A stretch of 50,707 nucleotides of DNA from a virus (IMGVR_UViG_3300036801_000089:1-50707), one strand, 5' to 3'. Counted from the stretch's first letter, positions 28,961 to 38,055 are shown. Program-made: numbers and translations. Notes: generated by a model not told the origin, from the letters alone.

Positions 28961-29158
28961 TTGGGAGGCGTGTTGGCTACCATCTTAGAGAAAAAATACA
29001 CCGAATCCGATTCCGACATTGAATTACTGCGCGCCATTCATGTACTAGCCTCTGATAAAAACGAAAGATTGTTCCTCTCCGATTGCATTGAATGGCTCGG
29101 GATCAAGATGGCCGAAATCGACAGGCTTGCTCTGATCCTGCTGGATAAACAGCCGTGA
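28961..29158 (+). CDS. hypothetical protein
   Basis: GGAGG near start (true start may be slightly downstream); flanked by a 16-bp direct repeat. Confidence 0.45.
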   Translation: MGGVLATILEKKYTESDSDIELLRAIHVLASDKNERLFLSDCIEWLGIKMAEIDRLALILLDKQP

Positions 29159-29249
29159 GCGCTGCGTGAAAGGGATTTAAGGAAGGATGTGATGCCCTCT
29201 GAAACCCATTGACGGAATCAATTCCGGGTTCCAGCAGTAATCGCGGCAC

Positions 29250-29507
29250 ATGAGCGACGAACGAGGTGCGATTTTGGAGGAACGAACTGTGACCGACAAA
29301 GAATTTCCCATGATTGGCGAGGATGGCAAGCCTAGTGTTTCAGTTCCTTGGTACGTTGGAGAGGCTCTTTATCGACTCTATTCTGAACTTTACGGAACGG
29401 CCCAAAGCATTGAACGAATCAGCGAGCGTGGGGGTTTCGGATACCGTGAGTTGTACCACATGGCGGTAAGGCGACAACAAAAGATAGCTAGGGGGAACAA
29501 ACCATGA
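29250..29507 (+). CDS. hypothetical protein
   Basis: Y...YG..QS.ERI.ERGGFG motif seen in phage proteins. Confidence 0.55.
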   Translation: MSDERGAILEERTVTDKEFPMIGEDGKPSVSVPWYVGEALYRLYSELYGTAQSIERISERGGFGYRELYHMAVRRQQKIARGNKP

Positions 29508-29896
29508 CCGAAAACGAATCAGCCATCTGGACCGAAGCCCTGAAACTGGCAAGCCAGCACCGGTACATACCCTATGATGAGGCTGGCGGAGACATTCTTT
29601 GCGGGTGCGGTAAAGTCATGGAGTTTTCACAGGGGACAGAAAGGTTTAAACAATGGCAGCATCACGTCGGCACCCTCCAGCGCCCGCAGCCGAAACCGGA
29701 GCCGAGATACCGAATCGAGCAATCCGATTGGTGGTTATGGATACAAGACGAACATCATTCCGAACGGGAATATAAGGTGGCGGCGCAATTCAATAAAACA
29801 ATTCCCAACGCCGAAGCCCGTGCCCGCAAGCTGTGCGCCGAACTCAACGCGGAACCGGAGCACGCACCCTGCACCACCAGTAAGGCCCGCTGTTGA
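29504..29896 (+). CDS. hypothetical protein
   Basis: Coupled ORF. Confidence 0.55.
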   Translation: MTENESAIWTEALKLASQHRYIPYDEAGGDILCGCGKVMEFSQGTERFKQWQHHVGTLQRPQPKPEPRYRIEQSDWWLWIQDEHHSEREYKVAAQFNKTIPNAEARARKLCAELNAEPEHAPCTTSKARC

Positions 29897-29991
29897 GTGA
29901 AAGCGGTCTAAATGGATAAAGCCTTCGGCAATCCCGATAACTTTTCCCACACATCCACAGGAAATCCACAGACTGACATGGGCATTTACCC

Positions 29992-30021
29992 TTGACACGA
30001 AATGCTGGCTAAATCTATTAT
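29992..30021 (+). promoter_or_regulatory. sigma70-type promoter for replication genes
   Basis: TTGACA-N18-TATTAT. Confidence 0.5.
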
Positions 30022-30110
30022 CTCGCCCGCGCCGCAACGGCGTTTTTTGTTGAGACGGGGGCCGTGCTCATCCCACGGCTTCCGATTTTCCCGGATGAGG
30101 GGATTTCGAT

Positions 30111-30785
30111 TTGAGCCATCAAGCAACTACATGGGTAATGGAGTTTTCGGATTCAGAACTCGCCGATCGTCTCGTCCTTGGAGCAATAGCCCACCGCGTT
30201 TCAAATGACAACGGAGAAGCGTTCCCATCTATCGGGACCATTGCCAGAGAATCCCGCCTCAGTGAACGATCTGTGCACTACTCGATCAAACATCTACAAG
30301 AGATGGGAGAGTTGGAAGTAGACCCGCAATCTTCGCCTCTAGGAACGAATACCTACCGTTTTCCTAAATTTTTAAGATGGGTGCAAAGTTTGCACCCCGG
30401 GGGTGCAAAATCTGAGGCGAAAGGGGTGCACCAAAAGGCGAAAGGGGTGCAAGCCGTTGCACCCGAACCGTCATTAGAACCATCAGTAAAGCAACCGTCA
30501 GTGGAAAGCGCAGCACCAGACGAATGCGCCATCTGCGGAAAGCTTATGCAATTCTGTCCTGTGCAGGGCAGGCATAGTGCCTCAGCAATTAGAAAGTCAC
30601 AGGCAGGCAAGCGTCATTTTCCATCCAAGGGTGGGTATCAGAAAAAGGAGTATGTACATGTCGAAGCAGAGCCAGCGAGAAGCCCGGCAGAAAGAAGAAG
30701 AGAAGGAGAAGCTGAAGCACGAAAAGTTCTTGGACACCCTGAACTCTTACCTGAAGATATTCGGAGAATTATTACCGCGAAATAA
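30111..30785 (+). CDS. replication initiator (N-terminal wHTH, lambda O-like)
   Basis: RLVL.AIA....GEAFPSIGTIARESRLSERSV...I..L...G HTH; internal iterons. Confidence 0.8.
   Translation: MSHQATTWVMEFSDSELADRLVLGAIAHRVSNDNGEAFPSIGTIARESRLSERSVHYSIKHLQEMGELEVDPQSSPLGTNTYRFPKFLRWVQSLHPGGAKSEAKGVHQKAKGVQAVAPEPSLEPSVKQPSVESAAPDECAICGKLMQFCPVQGRHSASAIRKSQAGKRHFPSKGGYQKKEYVHVEAEPARSPAERRREGEAEARKVLGHPELLPEDIRRIITAK
30378..30466. repeat. putative origin iterons (GGGTGCA direct and inverted copies)
   Basis: Six GGGTGCA/TGCACCC copies inside the initiator gene, plus duplicated AGGCGAAAGGGGTGCA. Confidence 0.7.
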
Positions 30786-31311
30786 AGAGTTGGGTCCGCT
30801 GACCGCAGTTGGTGTTGCGGGGTACGAGATTGCTTTAAGGCATCTCTCGCCCGAGCAATTGCGAAAAGCCTGCGAGGAAGGACTAACATACTGGAAGTTT
30901 TTTCCCTCAAGCGGAGAGATTGCGGAGTCCTGGGCCAATGTGCGTAAACGGCAAGAGGAAGCGGCTGTGTCTTACGGCCATTCCCCAAGCACCCACTACG
31001 ATGAAGGCAATCGACTTTCGCAAGAAGATTTACAGGTGATAAATGAGGCGTTTGCGACACTCGCGGAAAAGCTGTCGCTGGACAACGTAATAAAGCAGAA
31101 AGCACGCCAAGAACGCAAGGCGACTGAACTTGAGATTCCGAGTGTGGAGCTTATTCCCACAGTGAACGGGGTACCCTTGACTGAGTGGGCGCTGAACCAA
31201 GATTTGAGCGATGATCTACCTCGGACGCCCCAAGAGATCGAACTCATCAAGAGCGTAAAACAAGTGAATAAACGGAAAGGGAAACGCAGTCATTATGTCA
31301 GGCAACCATGA
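30658..31311 (+). CDS. putative helicase loader/inhibitor (lambda P/G39P-like)
   Basis: L..LSPEQL.KA......KFFPS.GEI motif; AGGAG RBS; overlaps the initiator by 128 nt. Confidence 0.5.
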   Translation: MSKQSQREARQKEEEKEKLKHEKFLDTLNSYLKIFGELLPRNKELGPLTAVGVAGYEIALRHLSPEQLRKACEEGLTYWKFFPSSGEIAESWANVRKRQEEAAVSYGHSPSTHYDEGNRLSQEDLQVINEAFATLAEKLSLDNVIKQKARQERKATELEIPSVELIPTVNGVPLTEWALNQDLSDDLPRTPQEIELIKSVKQVNKRKGKRSHYVRQP

Positions 31312-31528
31312 CCACTACACAGAGACCTGCGGCAGCAGATTACGTGAAGTGATGACCAGGGCTGCGGCCGGTGGATACTGGTACACAGCGCGGCAATTAT
31401 CGGAATTGCTCGGGTGTTCCATAAATCAAGTTCATGTCGGGCTTACTGCGATAGTGACGGGGCCGTACAAGATCAATCGGCGTGGGCCAAAGAATCGCTA
31501 TGAGTACCAGATCGAGAGGATCGAATGA
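31295..31528 (+). CDS. small HTH protein
   Basis: TARQLSELLGCSINQV HTH-like segment. Confidence 0.5.
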   Translation: MSGNHDHYTETCGSRLREVMTRAAAGGYWYTARQLSELLGCSINQVHVGLTAIVTGPYKINRRGPKNRYEYQIERIE

Positions 31529-31851
31529 GCGGATATAAATTCCATGTATACACCTACCAGCACATTGATTACCAAGATTTTACTATTCATCCGTGTGAGG
31601 CTTGGTACAAAAAATGGACCGACGATAATTTTGAGGACGTGATGGCCGCTGTCCGCCAAGAATTTGAGATGGCTGGATGGGAAGGTGACGGCGAGATACG
31701 GCTGATCTGGTTGCCCTCGTTTTTATTCCTCAATTCCGCCGATGAGCTTCTCATATGGCACGTAAAGCAATCGAATAATGGCACATCGTTTTTGGCCTCG
31801 AAGATAGAACTCCCGTTCCCGAGTTTATTAAAAATGGCGAGTCCGGCATGA
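31525..31851 (+). CDS. hypothetical protein
   Basis: Coupled ORF; GWEGDG and VKQSNNGTSF motifs. Confidence 0.6.
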   Translation: MSGYKFHVYTYQHIDYQDFTIHPCEAWYKKWTDDNFEDVMAAVRQEFEMAGWEGDGEIRLIWLPSFLFLNSADELLIWHVKQSNNGTSFLASKIELPFPSLLKMASPA

Positions 31852-31967
31852 AAACCATCAAAGAGTGGCTAGAGTCGAAATGGTTCTTCTGTGGGAACTG
31901 TACGGCGAAACTGTGCGCCGCATGGCGACCGGCGCAGTGTCCCAAGTGCAAGGCGATGATTTATTAA
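31848..31967 (+). CDS. zinc-finger microprotein
   Basis: Manual translation ...FCGNC...QCPKC; ATGA coupling. Confidence 0.5.
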   Translation: MKTIKEWLESKWFFCGNCTAKLCAAWRPAQCPKCKAMIY

Positions 31968-32003
31968 AATAATAACGTCTGCCGACTAGAAAGGGAGAAA
32001 CCA

Positions 32004-32615
32004 ATGAAAGAAATCTATCCGCTGGCGTGGCCCGAGGGCTGGCCGAGGACGCCACTGCAAAACAGGGAATCACGGCCGGCTTGGAAAAAGACTGAGCGTC
32101 ACGCGGTCGATGCGCTGGAACTGGAACTGAAACGGTTTGGGGCTGTCGCTCCAGTCATCACACGCCGTGATCCTGATGATCTGCGCTCCGCGCCAGATCC
32201 CTCGATTGCTGTTTGGTTCTCGCGGCGTAGAGGCGAAGAGGATTTTAGTTGGCAGCATGCCTTGGGAATTGAAAACCCAGCTCCCACGATCGAAGAGATC
32301 AAAGAAGCGTTCACGCGCAAAGCGGCACCGTTCCATCCCGACAAGGGCGGCGACGTGGAAACTTGGCACGCGCTCGACAAGCACAAGCGGAATGCACTCG
32401 CCTATGTGAATCGCATGTCTGGTGCGTCGAGAGACTTTTGCGTGCCCTGCGATAACTTCAAAGAGTCGCGGTGGAACATCAACGCGATCCGCATGACGAT
32501 TCACTCGCTGCGGCAGATGGAACGGGATGGTACGTCTGGACTGCTGGAACGGGCCATGAAGGGATTCGCGGCATTGCCGCAGGAGGCCAGTCATGGCGCA
32601 GCCGTTTCTCGCTGA
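32004..32615 (+). CDS. J-domain (DnaJ-like) protein
   Basis: LGI....TIEEIK.AF...A..FHPDKGG (HPD intact); YPL.WP.GWPRT N-terminus. Confidence 0.8.
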   Translation: MKEIYPLAWPEGWPRTPLQNRESRPAWKKTERHAVDALELELKRFGAVAPVITRRDPDDLRSAPDPSIAVWFSRRRGEEDFSWQHALGIENPAPTIEEIKEAFTRKAAPFHPDKGGDVETWHALDKHKRNALAYVNRMSGASRDFCVPCDNFKESRWNINAIRMTIHSLRQMERDGTSGLLERAMKGFAALPQEASHGAAVSR

Positions 32616-33075
32616 ACAATCCGGCACCGATGAAGTGACGCGCCTTCGTCGGGAGATCGCGGGCTTGGAACAAGAATTGCGCGATGCCAAAGACGGCGAG
32701 GAAATGGCCAAACAAGCTAGTTCCGACGCCCTCCAAGTGATACGAGCTTTACGGGAATCGCCACTCGCTCAAGTCCACAAGGTTCTAAAAATGTTATTCG
32801 GGGAAATATCACGCGTCGATGCCGGAGAAGTAACGCCCCCTCAAGTCGAAACGACATCGCGCGCGAATTCTGTATGGGACAAATGGATTCAGAAACTTGG
32901 GGGCAATCGCGGCGCTATTTTGAAATCGCTTTTGGAGCACGGAGAAATGACGCGCGTTCAGTTGCGCGTAGCCTCCCAGGTTCCCGAAGGCAGTCTGAAC
33001 GGGATTACCAGTGAGCTTTACAAGATGGGGCTTATCAATCGCGCTGGCGGGAAATACAGTCTAAAACAACTCTAA
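32593..33075 (+). CDS. coiled-coil + wHTH protein
   Basis: C-terminal ILKSLLEHGEMTR.QL...L.K.GLI pattern. Confidence 0.5.
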   Translation: MAQPFLAEQSGTDEVTRLRREIAGLEQELRDAKDGEEMAKQASSDALQVIRALRESPLAQVHKVLKMLFGEISRVDAGEVTPPQVETTSRANSVWDKWIQKLGGNRGAILKSLLEHGEMTRVQLRVASQVPEGSLNGITSELYKMGLINRAGGKYSLKQL

Positions 33076-33704
33076 TGCCCAACCTTGCCATCACGAAAAA
33101 GGAAGCTCTCGCCAGAACCGCCGAGATCAAGCGGGAGGTAGGCACGGCGAAGAAAATGCGGATTCGCATCCTGCGCACGATCGCCGCGAGCGTAGACCGC
33201 CGCGAGTACGAGATTGCCGGGTTTGAGGATCTGGCCGCGTGGCTGGAGCATGTCGGGATAGAAACGAGCGTGAGCCACTTCCTGCGACTGCTGCACAACA
33301 TTCGGGCTTTGAAGCATGTCACTGACGCCCAGTTGGAAGCGATGCCGGAGGGTAACGCCCACACCCTCGCGCGATTGCCGGAAAAGACGCGGCGCGACCC
33401 GAAGATGATTGAACGCGCGGTAAGTGAGAAGCCGGCAGAGTTCAAGGCTCGGGTCGAGGGAACGACGAAAGAAGCGCCGGAGGGATGGAAAACATTCGCG
33501 CTGCGCGTTCCAGAGGGGGTCTATGGGTTGATGATCCGTGCCCAAGAGAGGGTAGCTAACGTCTTACAGCTTGATCTCAGTGATGAAGTTAAACGTACAG
33601 CCAATCTCATCACCATTTGGGAAGGAATTGCTCAAATGGTAGTTGATTCACAGTTATCCGACGTGCGGATTAAGACTGAACTCGTTGGAAATGATTCAGA
33701 ATAA
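33075..33704 (+). CDS. hypothetical protein
   Basis: TAATG coupling; 209 aa. Confidence 0.6.
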   Translation: MPNLAITKKEALARTAEIKREVGTAKKMRIRILRTIAASVDRREYEIAGFEDLAAWLEHVGIETSVSHFLRLLHNIRALKHVTDAQLEAMPEGNAHTLARLPEKTRRDPKMIERAVSEKPAEFKARVEGTTKEAPEGWKTFALRVPEGVYGLMIRAQERVANVLQLDLSDEVKRTANLITIWEGIAQMVVDSQLSDVRIKTELVGNDSE

Positions 33705-34099
33705 AATTCAGGTGTGTAAATGATCTCATCACGGACAACGCAGGCGAAAATATCGAACTTCCCAATTTTAGACTTCATGTCTACTGATACGGTATTGTTT
33801 TTATTTCTGTACCCAGTTCTGACTTCAACTCGCAGCAATCGGCCATCTTTTAGAATCGCAAGATCACAAGAGCATGATGAACTGACAGCCCTAAAAACTT
33901 CAAATCCTTTTGAGAGAAGGTCAGCACATACGCGCAACTCGTTCATCGCTCCAGTCGTTGCTGACGGCAATCCGGTTCCACATTTCCCTGCCTTTAGATT
34001 GTTTCTCGCTGTCCTGCATTTCCTACTACAATATTTTTGGAAGATGGGCCGTACGGCTTCAAAAAATGTACCGCAGTGCTTGCACTTCCTATCCTTCAT
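33632..34099 (-). CDS. PD-(D/E)XK homing-type endonuclease with N-terminal Zn finger
   Basis: GGAGG RBS; CKHCG..YCSRKC; G...E..V...L...G..VF......CDL......RVEVRT; AT-rich, antisense insertion. Confidence 0.7.
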   Translation of the reverse strand: MKDRKCKHCGTFFEAVRPIFQKYCSRKCRTARNNLKAGKCGTGLPSATTGAMNELRVCADLLSKGFEVFRAVSSSCSCDLAILKDGRLLRVEVRTGYRNKNNTVSVDMKSKIGKFDIFACVVRDEIIYTPEFYSESFPTSSVLIRTSDNCESTTI

Positions 34100-34152
34100 A
34101 GAACCTCCTGATAGTGCTATTATGCGCTTTCGTATGCCATCGTGGGACGATA

Positions 34153-34488
34153 ATGCCGAAGCATGAATCCATCCGTGTTGACCGCGAGTTGACCGCGCAA
34201 CGCCGCGGCGACGGCACGTACCTGGACCGTCGATCACAGGTGCACCAGGACGGGCTAGAGTACCTGAAGGGGGTGGACATCCGTAATCGGCGGTGGGAGG
34301 TATGGGAGCGGGACGGCCGGCGATGCGTTGAGTGCGGGGTGTACGTGACGTTTGAGCAAATGGAAATGGACCATGTAGCCAAAAATTACGGGCAAAAGCG
34401 GCACGATAACATCGAGAATTTACAGACGTTGTGCGGGCCATTCCAGAACGGCTGTCATCGAGGCAGCAAACACGCGAAACACGCATAA
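34153..34488 (+). CDS. HNH endonuclease
   Basis: RDG.RCVECG...MDH.....HDNIENLQTLC...CH. Confidence 0.8.
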   Translation: MPKHESIRVDRELTAQRRGDGTYLDRRSQVHQDGLEYLKGVDIRNRRWEVWERDGRRCVECGVYVTFEQMEMDHVAKNYGQKRHDNIENLQTLCGPFQNGCHRGSKHAKHA

Positions 34489-34497
34489 AGGAGCGAC

Positions 34498-34782
34498 ATG
34501 GCGAAAGCGGCAGCGACAAAACGGGCCAAGCAGCAGGATTTGCCAGGGATGGAGGACAGACGTATCAATGAACTCGACCAAGCGGCACTCGACTATGCCG
34601 AAGGACGGGATGAGCGCATGGAACTGACGAAGAAGGAAGTCGAACTGAAAACCAAATTGATCACGCTGATGCACCGTTATAACAAAAAGACGTACAAGTA
34701 CGAGGACATCGAAATTGAACTGGTGCCCGAGGGTGAGAAGGTGAAGGTTCGAATCCACAAGGAAAAGGAAAAGGACGAGTAA
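34498..34782 (+). CDS. hypothetical protein
   Basis: AAGGAG RBS; charged helical protein. Confidence 0.65.
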   Translation: MAKAAATKRAKQQDLPGMEDRRINELDQAALDYAEGRDERMELTKKEVELKTKLITLMHRYNKKTYKYEDIEIELVPEGEKVKVRIHKEKEKDE

Positions 34783-34967
34783 TGTCCGAGCACTACACCA
34801 GAAATACAGAAGCGGCTTCCGCGTGGTGCAACAAGTGTAACCGCACGACGATGCACCGAATTGACGGAGGCCGAAAAGGGCCGTGCTCAGAGCATCAGAC
34901 CCCGATTAAGAAGAAGTCAGTCGAGCCGTCAAAGAGCGGAGATTTATTCAAGGAAGAGGAAAAGTGA
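34782..34967 (+). CDS. small zinc-binding protein
   Basis: WCNKC...H...GPC. Confidence 0.55.
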   Translation: MSEHYTRNTEAASAWCNKCNRTTMHRIDGGRKGPCSEHQTPIKKKSVEPSKSGDLFKEEEK

Positions 34968-35311
34968 CATCTCTCGTTTCACGATCACTGGCCGAGCTGC
35001 GCAAGCGGGCGCCGCATTGCCCAGTGGACAAGGCCGAGCGGTGGATACCCGGCGCCAACATCCGGCGTGACCTCTTCAACCTGTTCGATCTGGTCTGGTT
35101 ATCGTTGAGCATGGACAGCCAGGATGGTCAGATCGTAGGGATACAGGTGACGGACAACGCGCACCTCGCCGAGCACATCACGAAGATCAAGGCGAATCCG
35201 ATCACGAAGCAGTGGGTCGCCTGCGGCGGCGGGATCACGGTCCACGCCTGGGCGAAGATGGGTGCCCGAGGGAAGCGGAAGCGGTGGACATTGACGGAGC
35301 ATGACCTATGA
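34964..35311 (+). CDS. restriction-endonuclease-fold (resolvase-like) protein
   Basis: RRDLF.LFD.....IQVT PD-(D/E)XK variant. Confidence 0.55.
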   Translation: MTSLVSRSLAELRKRAPHCPVDKAERWIPGANIRRDLFNLFDLVWLSLSMDSQDGQIVGIQVTDNAHLAEHITKIKANPITKQWVACGGGITVHAWAKMGARGKRKRWTLTEHDL

Positions 35312-35469
35312 AGCTGCCCAAGTTGCTGATTAAGCTGGCGCCAGAGGCGCGTTGCGTAAGGTGCGGGCAAGCGGGATATGTAGCGGAAAAAGCAGAACTC
35401 TGTTTAGCGTGCCTCAACGTAAGTCTTTTGATCTACGCGAAGCGGAAGAAAGCAGAGGTATTAAAATAA
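35308..35469 (+). CDS. zinc-finger microprotein
   Basis: Manual translation ...CVRCG...LCLAC; ATGA coupling. Confidence 0.45.
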   Translation: MKLPKLLIKLAPEARCVRCGQAGYVAEKAELCLACLNVSLLIYAKRKKAEVLK

Positions 35470-35471
35470 TA

Positions 35472-35603
35472 ATGGCTACCTGCGACGAATGTGGCGAAAT
35501 GGGAGTTTCGGTATGCCCATTGTGCGACTGTTGCTCGGAGTGCTGTCCAGAGCCGGAAAATTGGTCATCGGATTACATCCAAGATGATGAGGAAAGCGAA
35601 TAA
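35472..35603 (+). CDS. Cys-rich acidic microprotein
   Basis: MATCDECGEMGVSVCPLCDCCSECC... Confidence 0.5.
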   Translation: MATCDECGEMGVSVCPLCDCCSECCPEPENWSSDYIQDDEESE

Positions 35604-35767
35604 TGACCCGAGACGCCATTTACGAGCTGCTGATCCAGAAGATCATGCCGCACCTGCGCGACAGCCTGACGACGGAAGAGATTACCAACCTTGACGGAAT
35701 CTTGTGGACACTGGCTAGAACCATCGCCGAAGCCCCGCAGAAGTCACAAGAAACAGATTCTCAGTGA
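35603..35767 (+). CDS. hypothetical microprotein
   Basis: TAATG coupling; manual translation MTRDAIYELLIQKIMPHL... Confidence 0.45.
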   Translation: MTRDAIYELLIQKIMPHLRDSLTTEEITNLDGILWTLARTIAEAPQKSQETDSQ

Positions 35768-35848
35768 GTTTTAAGGCCCGATAGGAAGGAAAGCGGGTTT
35801 GTTACCCCTGCCGGCGAGATCGTGGCTGTAATGGCGTTCTATGAGGTT

Positions 35849-36241
35849 TCAGGGTTCGAGCGTGCCCAGTTCCTTGAGTCCGACAGCAATCGACGGCGGC
35901 AGGGGAATTTCCTGATTAAGCGGACGCCACATATGCAGACAGTTTGGATGATTGTTGATCCACTTGGAACGCGGTGGGTGTAGCTGCATCACGGTTTCCT
36001 CATCATCCCAAAACAGCGATTTGATGTAACACATTTCTTCCCAGTTTGGCGGGCGATTGCGCAGCGATACGGAGACATGCTCCCAAGGAATGCCTTCGTT
36101 CGCATCCCCAGGACTAGCAATTACCATCAATTTGCGCCCGCACGGTCCATCAATCAGAAAAGCGCCGTAGTCATCCCCAGGATTAGATCCGTACTCGCCA
36201 TCCCGGAATCGAAAGCGTTCTATTTTCGGAGAGAATTTCAT
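35849..36241 (-). CDS. conserved phage protein (WEHVSVS...CLHxWRP family)
   Basis: WEHVSVS..R.P.WEEMC.IK.LFW..EE..Q.HP....INNHP.CLH.WRP. Confidence 0.75.
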   Translation of the reverse strand: MKFSPKIERFRFRDGEYGSNPGDDYGAFLIDGPCGRKLMVIASPGDANEGIPWEHVSVSLRNRPPNWEEMCYIKSLFWDDEETVMQLHPPRSKWINNHPNCLHMWRPLNQEIPLPPSIAVGLKELGTLEP

Positions 36242-36548
36242 TTCATCCCCGCGATCTGCCCTATCGCAACATCCAGCGCGCACAGCACGCACAATTTGTC
36301 CCCAGTACGGATGCACTCGGCGCCGCATTTCTGGCAGCGGGTAAAGATCGGCGCGAGCTGCAAGAGCCGATCGGCCTCCGCAAGCCGCGCTTCCGTTTGC
36401 TTGATGTCCATGATTTGACCTCCAAGAATAATTTTACCGAGGCTTACCTACCTCGGCTGTCGCGGTACCACCCGCGAAGGCTAAGCGCCGACTAGGAGAA
36501 AGCTGGACCGTGCGTCCAGGGGGCTTCCAAGAGGAGCCGGCGCTAAGA

Positions 36549-36881
36549 TCAAGCTGGTACACAGATTCCTTCTTGGCCCATGTCGTTTGTGCAGCCGTCA
36601 GGGACAATGACTTTGACACAGCATCCGCGAGGATCACCCTGAAAGCATGGCTTGCACAAGTACGGGTCAAGTTCATCCTCAATGCGCTGCCTGATACGTT
36701 CAGATTTGATGCAGACATCGTTATGAGAATGGCGATAGGGACAATTCCCATTGCAGTGTAACTCCATGATCCGTTGATACGTAGAAGCAAGGCGCATCAC
36801 GCGATACAGAGCACCCAAAGGAACTGAGGAATGATGTGCCATAACATAAACGAACTCCAGTTTGTCTTTTGTGCTGACCAT
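36549..36881 (-). CDS. hypothetical protein
   Basis: GGAGG RBS; QGDPRG motif. Confidence 0.6.
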   Translation of the reverse strand: MVSTKDKLEFVYVMAHHSSVPLGALYRVMRLASTYQRIMELHCNGNCPYRHSHNDVCIKSERIRQRIEDELDPYLCKPCFQGDPRGCCVKVIVPDGCTNDMGQEGICVPA

Positions 36882-37070
36882 GTTGCCTCCGTGTTTAAAG
36901 TCCTGACCGGACTGTACCCGCTTCCGCGTGCGGGGTTACGCTCCTAGCAGGTGCGCGAAAATGCGGCAGAGAGCCAGTGTCCATGTCGCAGTCGCGGTAA
37001 GGAAGAAAACGATTTCAAAATTAGTCATTGGTTTCATAGACTTACGCTCCTATTATTAAAATAATACTGC

Positions 37071-37742
37071 CTACTGCGCGAGCAATTCTAATTCTAGGGC
37101 CATAAGTGCGGTCCTGACGTTGTTTGTCGCGTCTTTTGCTATGCGTAGGAAGTCTGGTACGGTCGAGGTAGGCTTCGCTTCGACGGTCCACACTCGCGCA
37201 AGCAATTCTGCGAGTGCTTCGCGCATCCCGTAAGAGCTGAACTCCAACACGCGACACCTAGACAGGAATCGTTTCTCCATGCCATCGGTGCCATTGCCCG
37301 TGAAGATCCAGATCGTTTGCGGTGGCGCCGCAGTGCTGTCCAATTTCGACAATAGCGCGAGCTGGGCGCCATCGGTCATTCGGTCAAATTCATCGACACA
37401 GACCACGTGGAAGCCGCCACCTTGCGGACAGTACCAGCACATGCGCGTTACTTCATCAATCGCTTGCGCGGTACACCGTTGACTCGGGATATGGTGGAAT
37501 TCGCCGCCGATCGCCGCACACAATGCCTGCGCCATAGACGTTTTACCCGTGCCAGGCGGTCCGACAAACACCCACGCGCTAACAGTGGGCCGCGTGGCGA
37601 ACGCCGCGAGTATCTTCTTCACCTTGTCGAGCCCGATAAACTCGGGAATCGTGGAGGGTCGATACTTTTCGGCCAGTGGCTTGTTAAGGTGCTGATTGAA
37701 TACGCTCGGGTCGCTATTCGGAAACAGGCTTTGTGTGCTCAT
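37071..37742 (-). CDS. clamp-loader-clade AAA+ ATPase (RarA/RFC/DnaX-like)
   Basis: LAEKYRP, GPPGTGKT, VDEFD and SRC motifs. Confidence 0.85.
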   Translation of the reverse strand: MSTQSLFPNSDPSVFNQHLNKPLAEKYRPSTIPEFIGLDKVKKILAAFATRPTVSAWVFVGPPGTGKTSMAQALCAAIGGEFHHIPSQRCTAQAIDEVTRMCWYCPQGGGFHVVCVDEFDRMTDGAQLALLSKLDSTAAPPQTIWIFTGNGTDGMEKRFLSRCRVLEFSSYGMREALAELLARVWTVEAKPTSTVPDFLRIAKDATNNVRTALMALELELLAQ

Positions 37743-37753
37743 GGTCGATTCAC

Positions 37754-37984
37754 CTATTCCCAGTAAATCCCGCCTAGCGCGCCGCGAACACGCACTAGAC
37801 CGAGATCCCGCATACCCTGATTCCGTTCGCGCCGTGCTCGATTCCGACCCGCATTCAAATGCTTTTGATACTCCGCGCGGATCTCTTCAACCGTCGCATA
37901 TCCCGTGCGAACATACGACCAACGCAAACAAGCACATTCCGCTTGCGCGTCATTCAATGATGTGATGTGTAGTTTGTGTGCCAT
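37754..37984 (-). CDS. hypothetical protein
   Basis: GGAGAG RBS; first gene of the leftward unit. Confidence 0.55.
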   Translation of the reverse strand: MAHKLHITSLNDAQAECACLRWSYVRTGYATVEEIRAEYQKHLNAGRNRARRERNQGMRDLGLVRVRGALGGIYWE

Positions 37985-38025
37985 TCTCTCTCCCTTGGCG
38001 TCTGGTAAACGCCTTGTGTAAATGG

Positions 38026-38055
38026 ACGATACTCTTGTTGGGCATAATGTGTCAA
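38026..38055 (-). promoter_or_regulatory. leftward sigma70-type promoter
   Basis: TTGACA-N18-TATCGT on the minus strand. Confidence 0.5.

Noticed and set aside
34100-34519. Long N-terminal extension of the minus-strand ORF 33632-34519
   Set aside because: It overlaps the plus-strand HNH gene; the RBS supports a start at 34099
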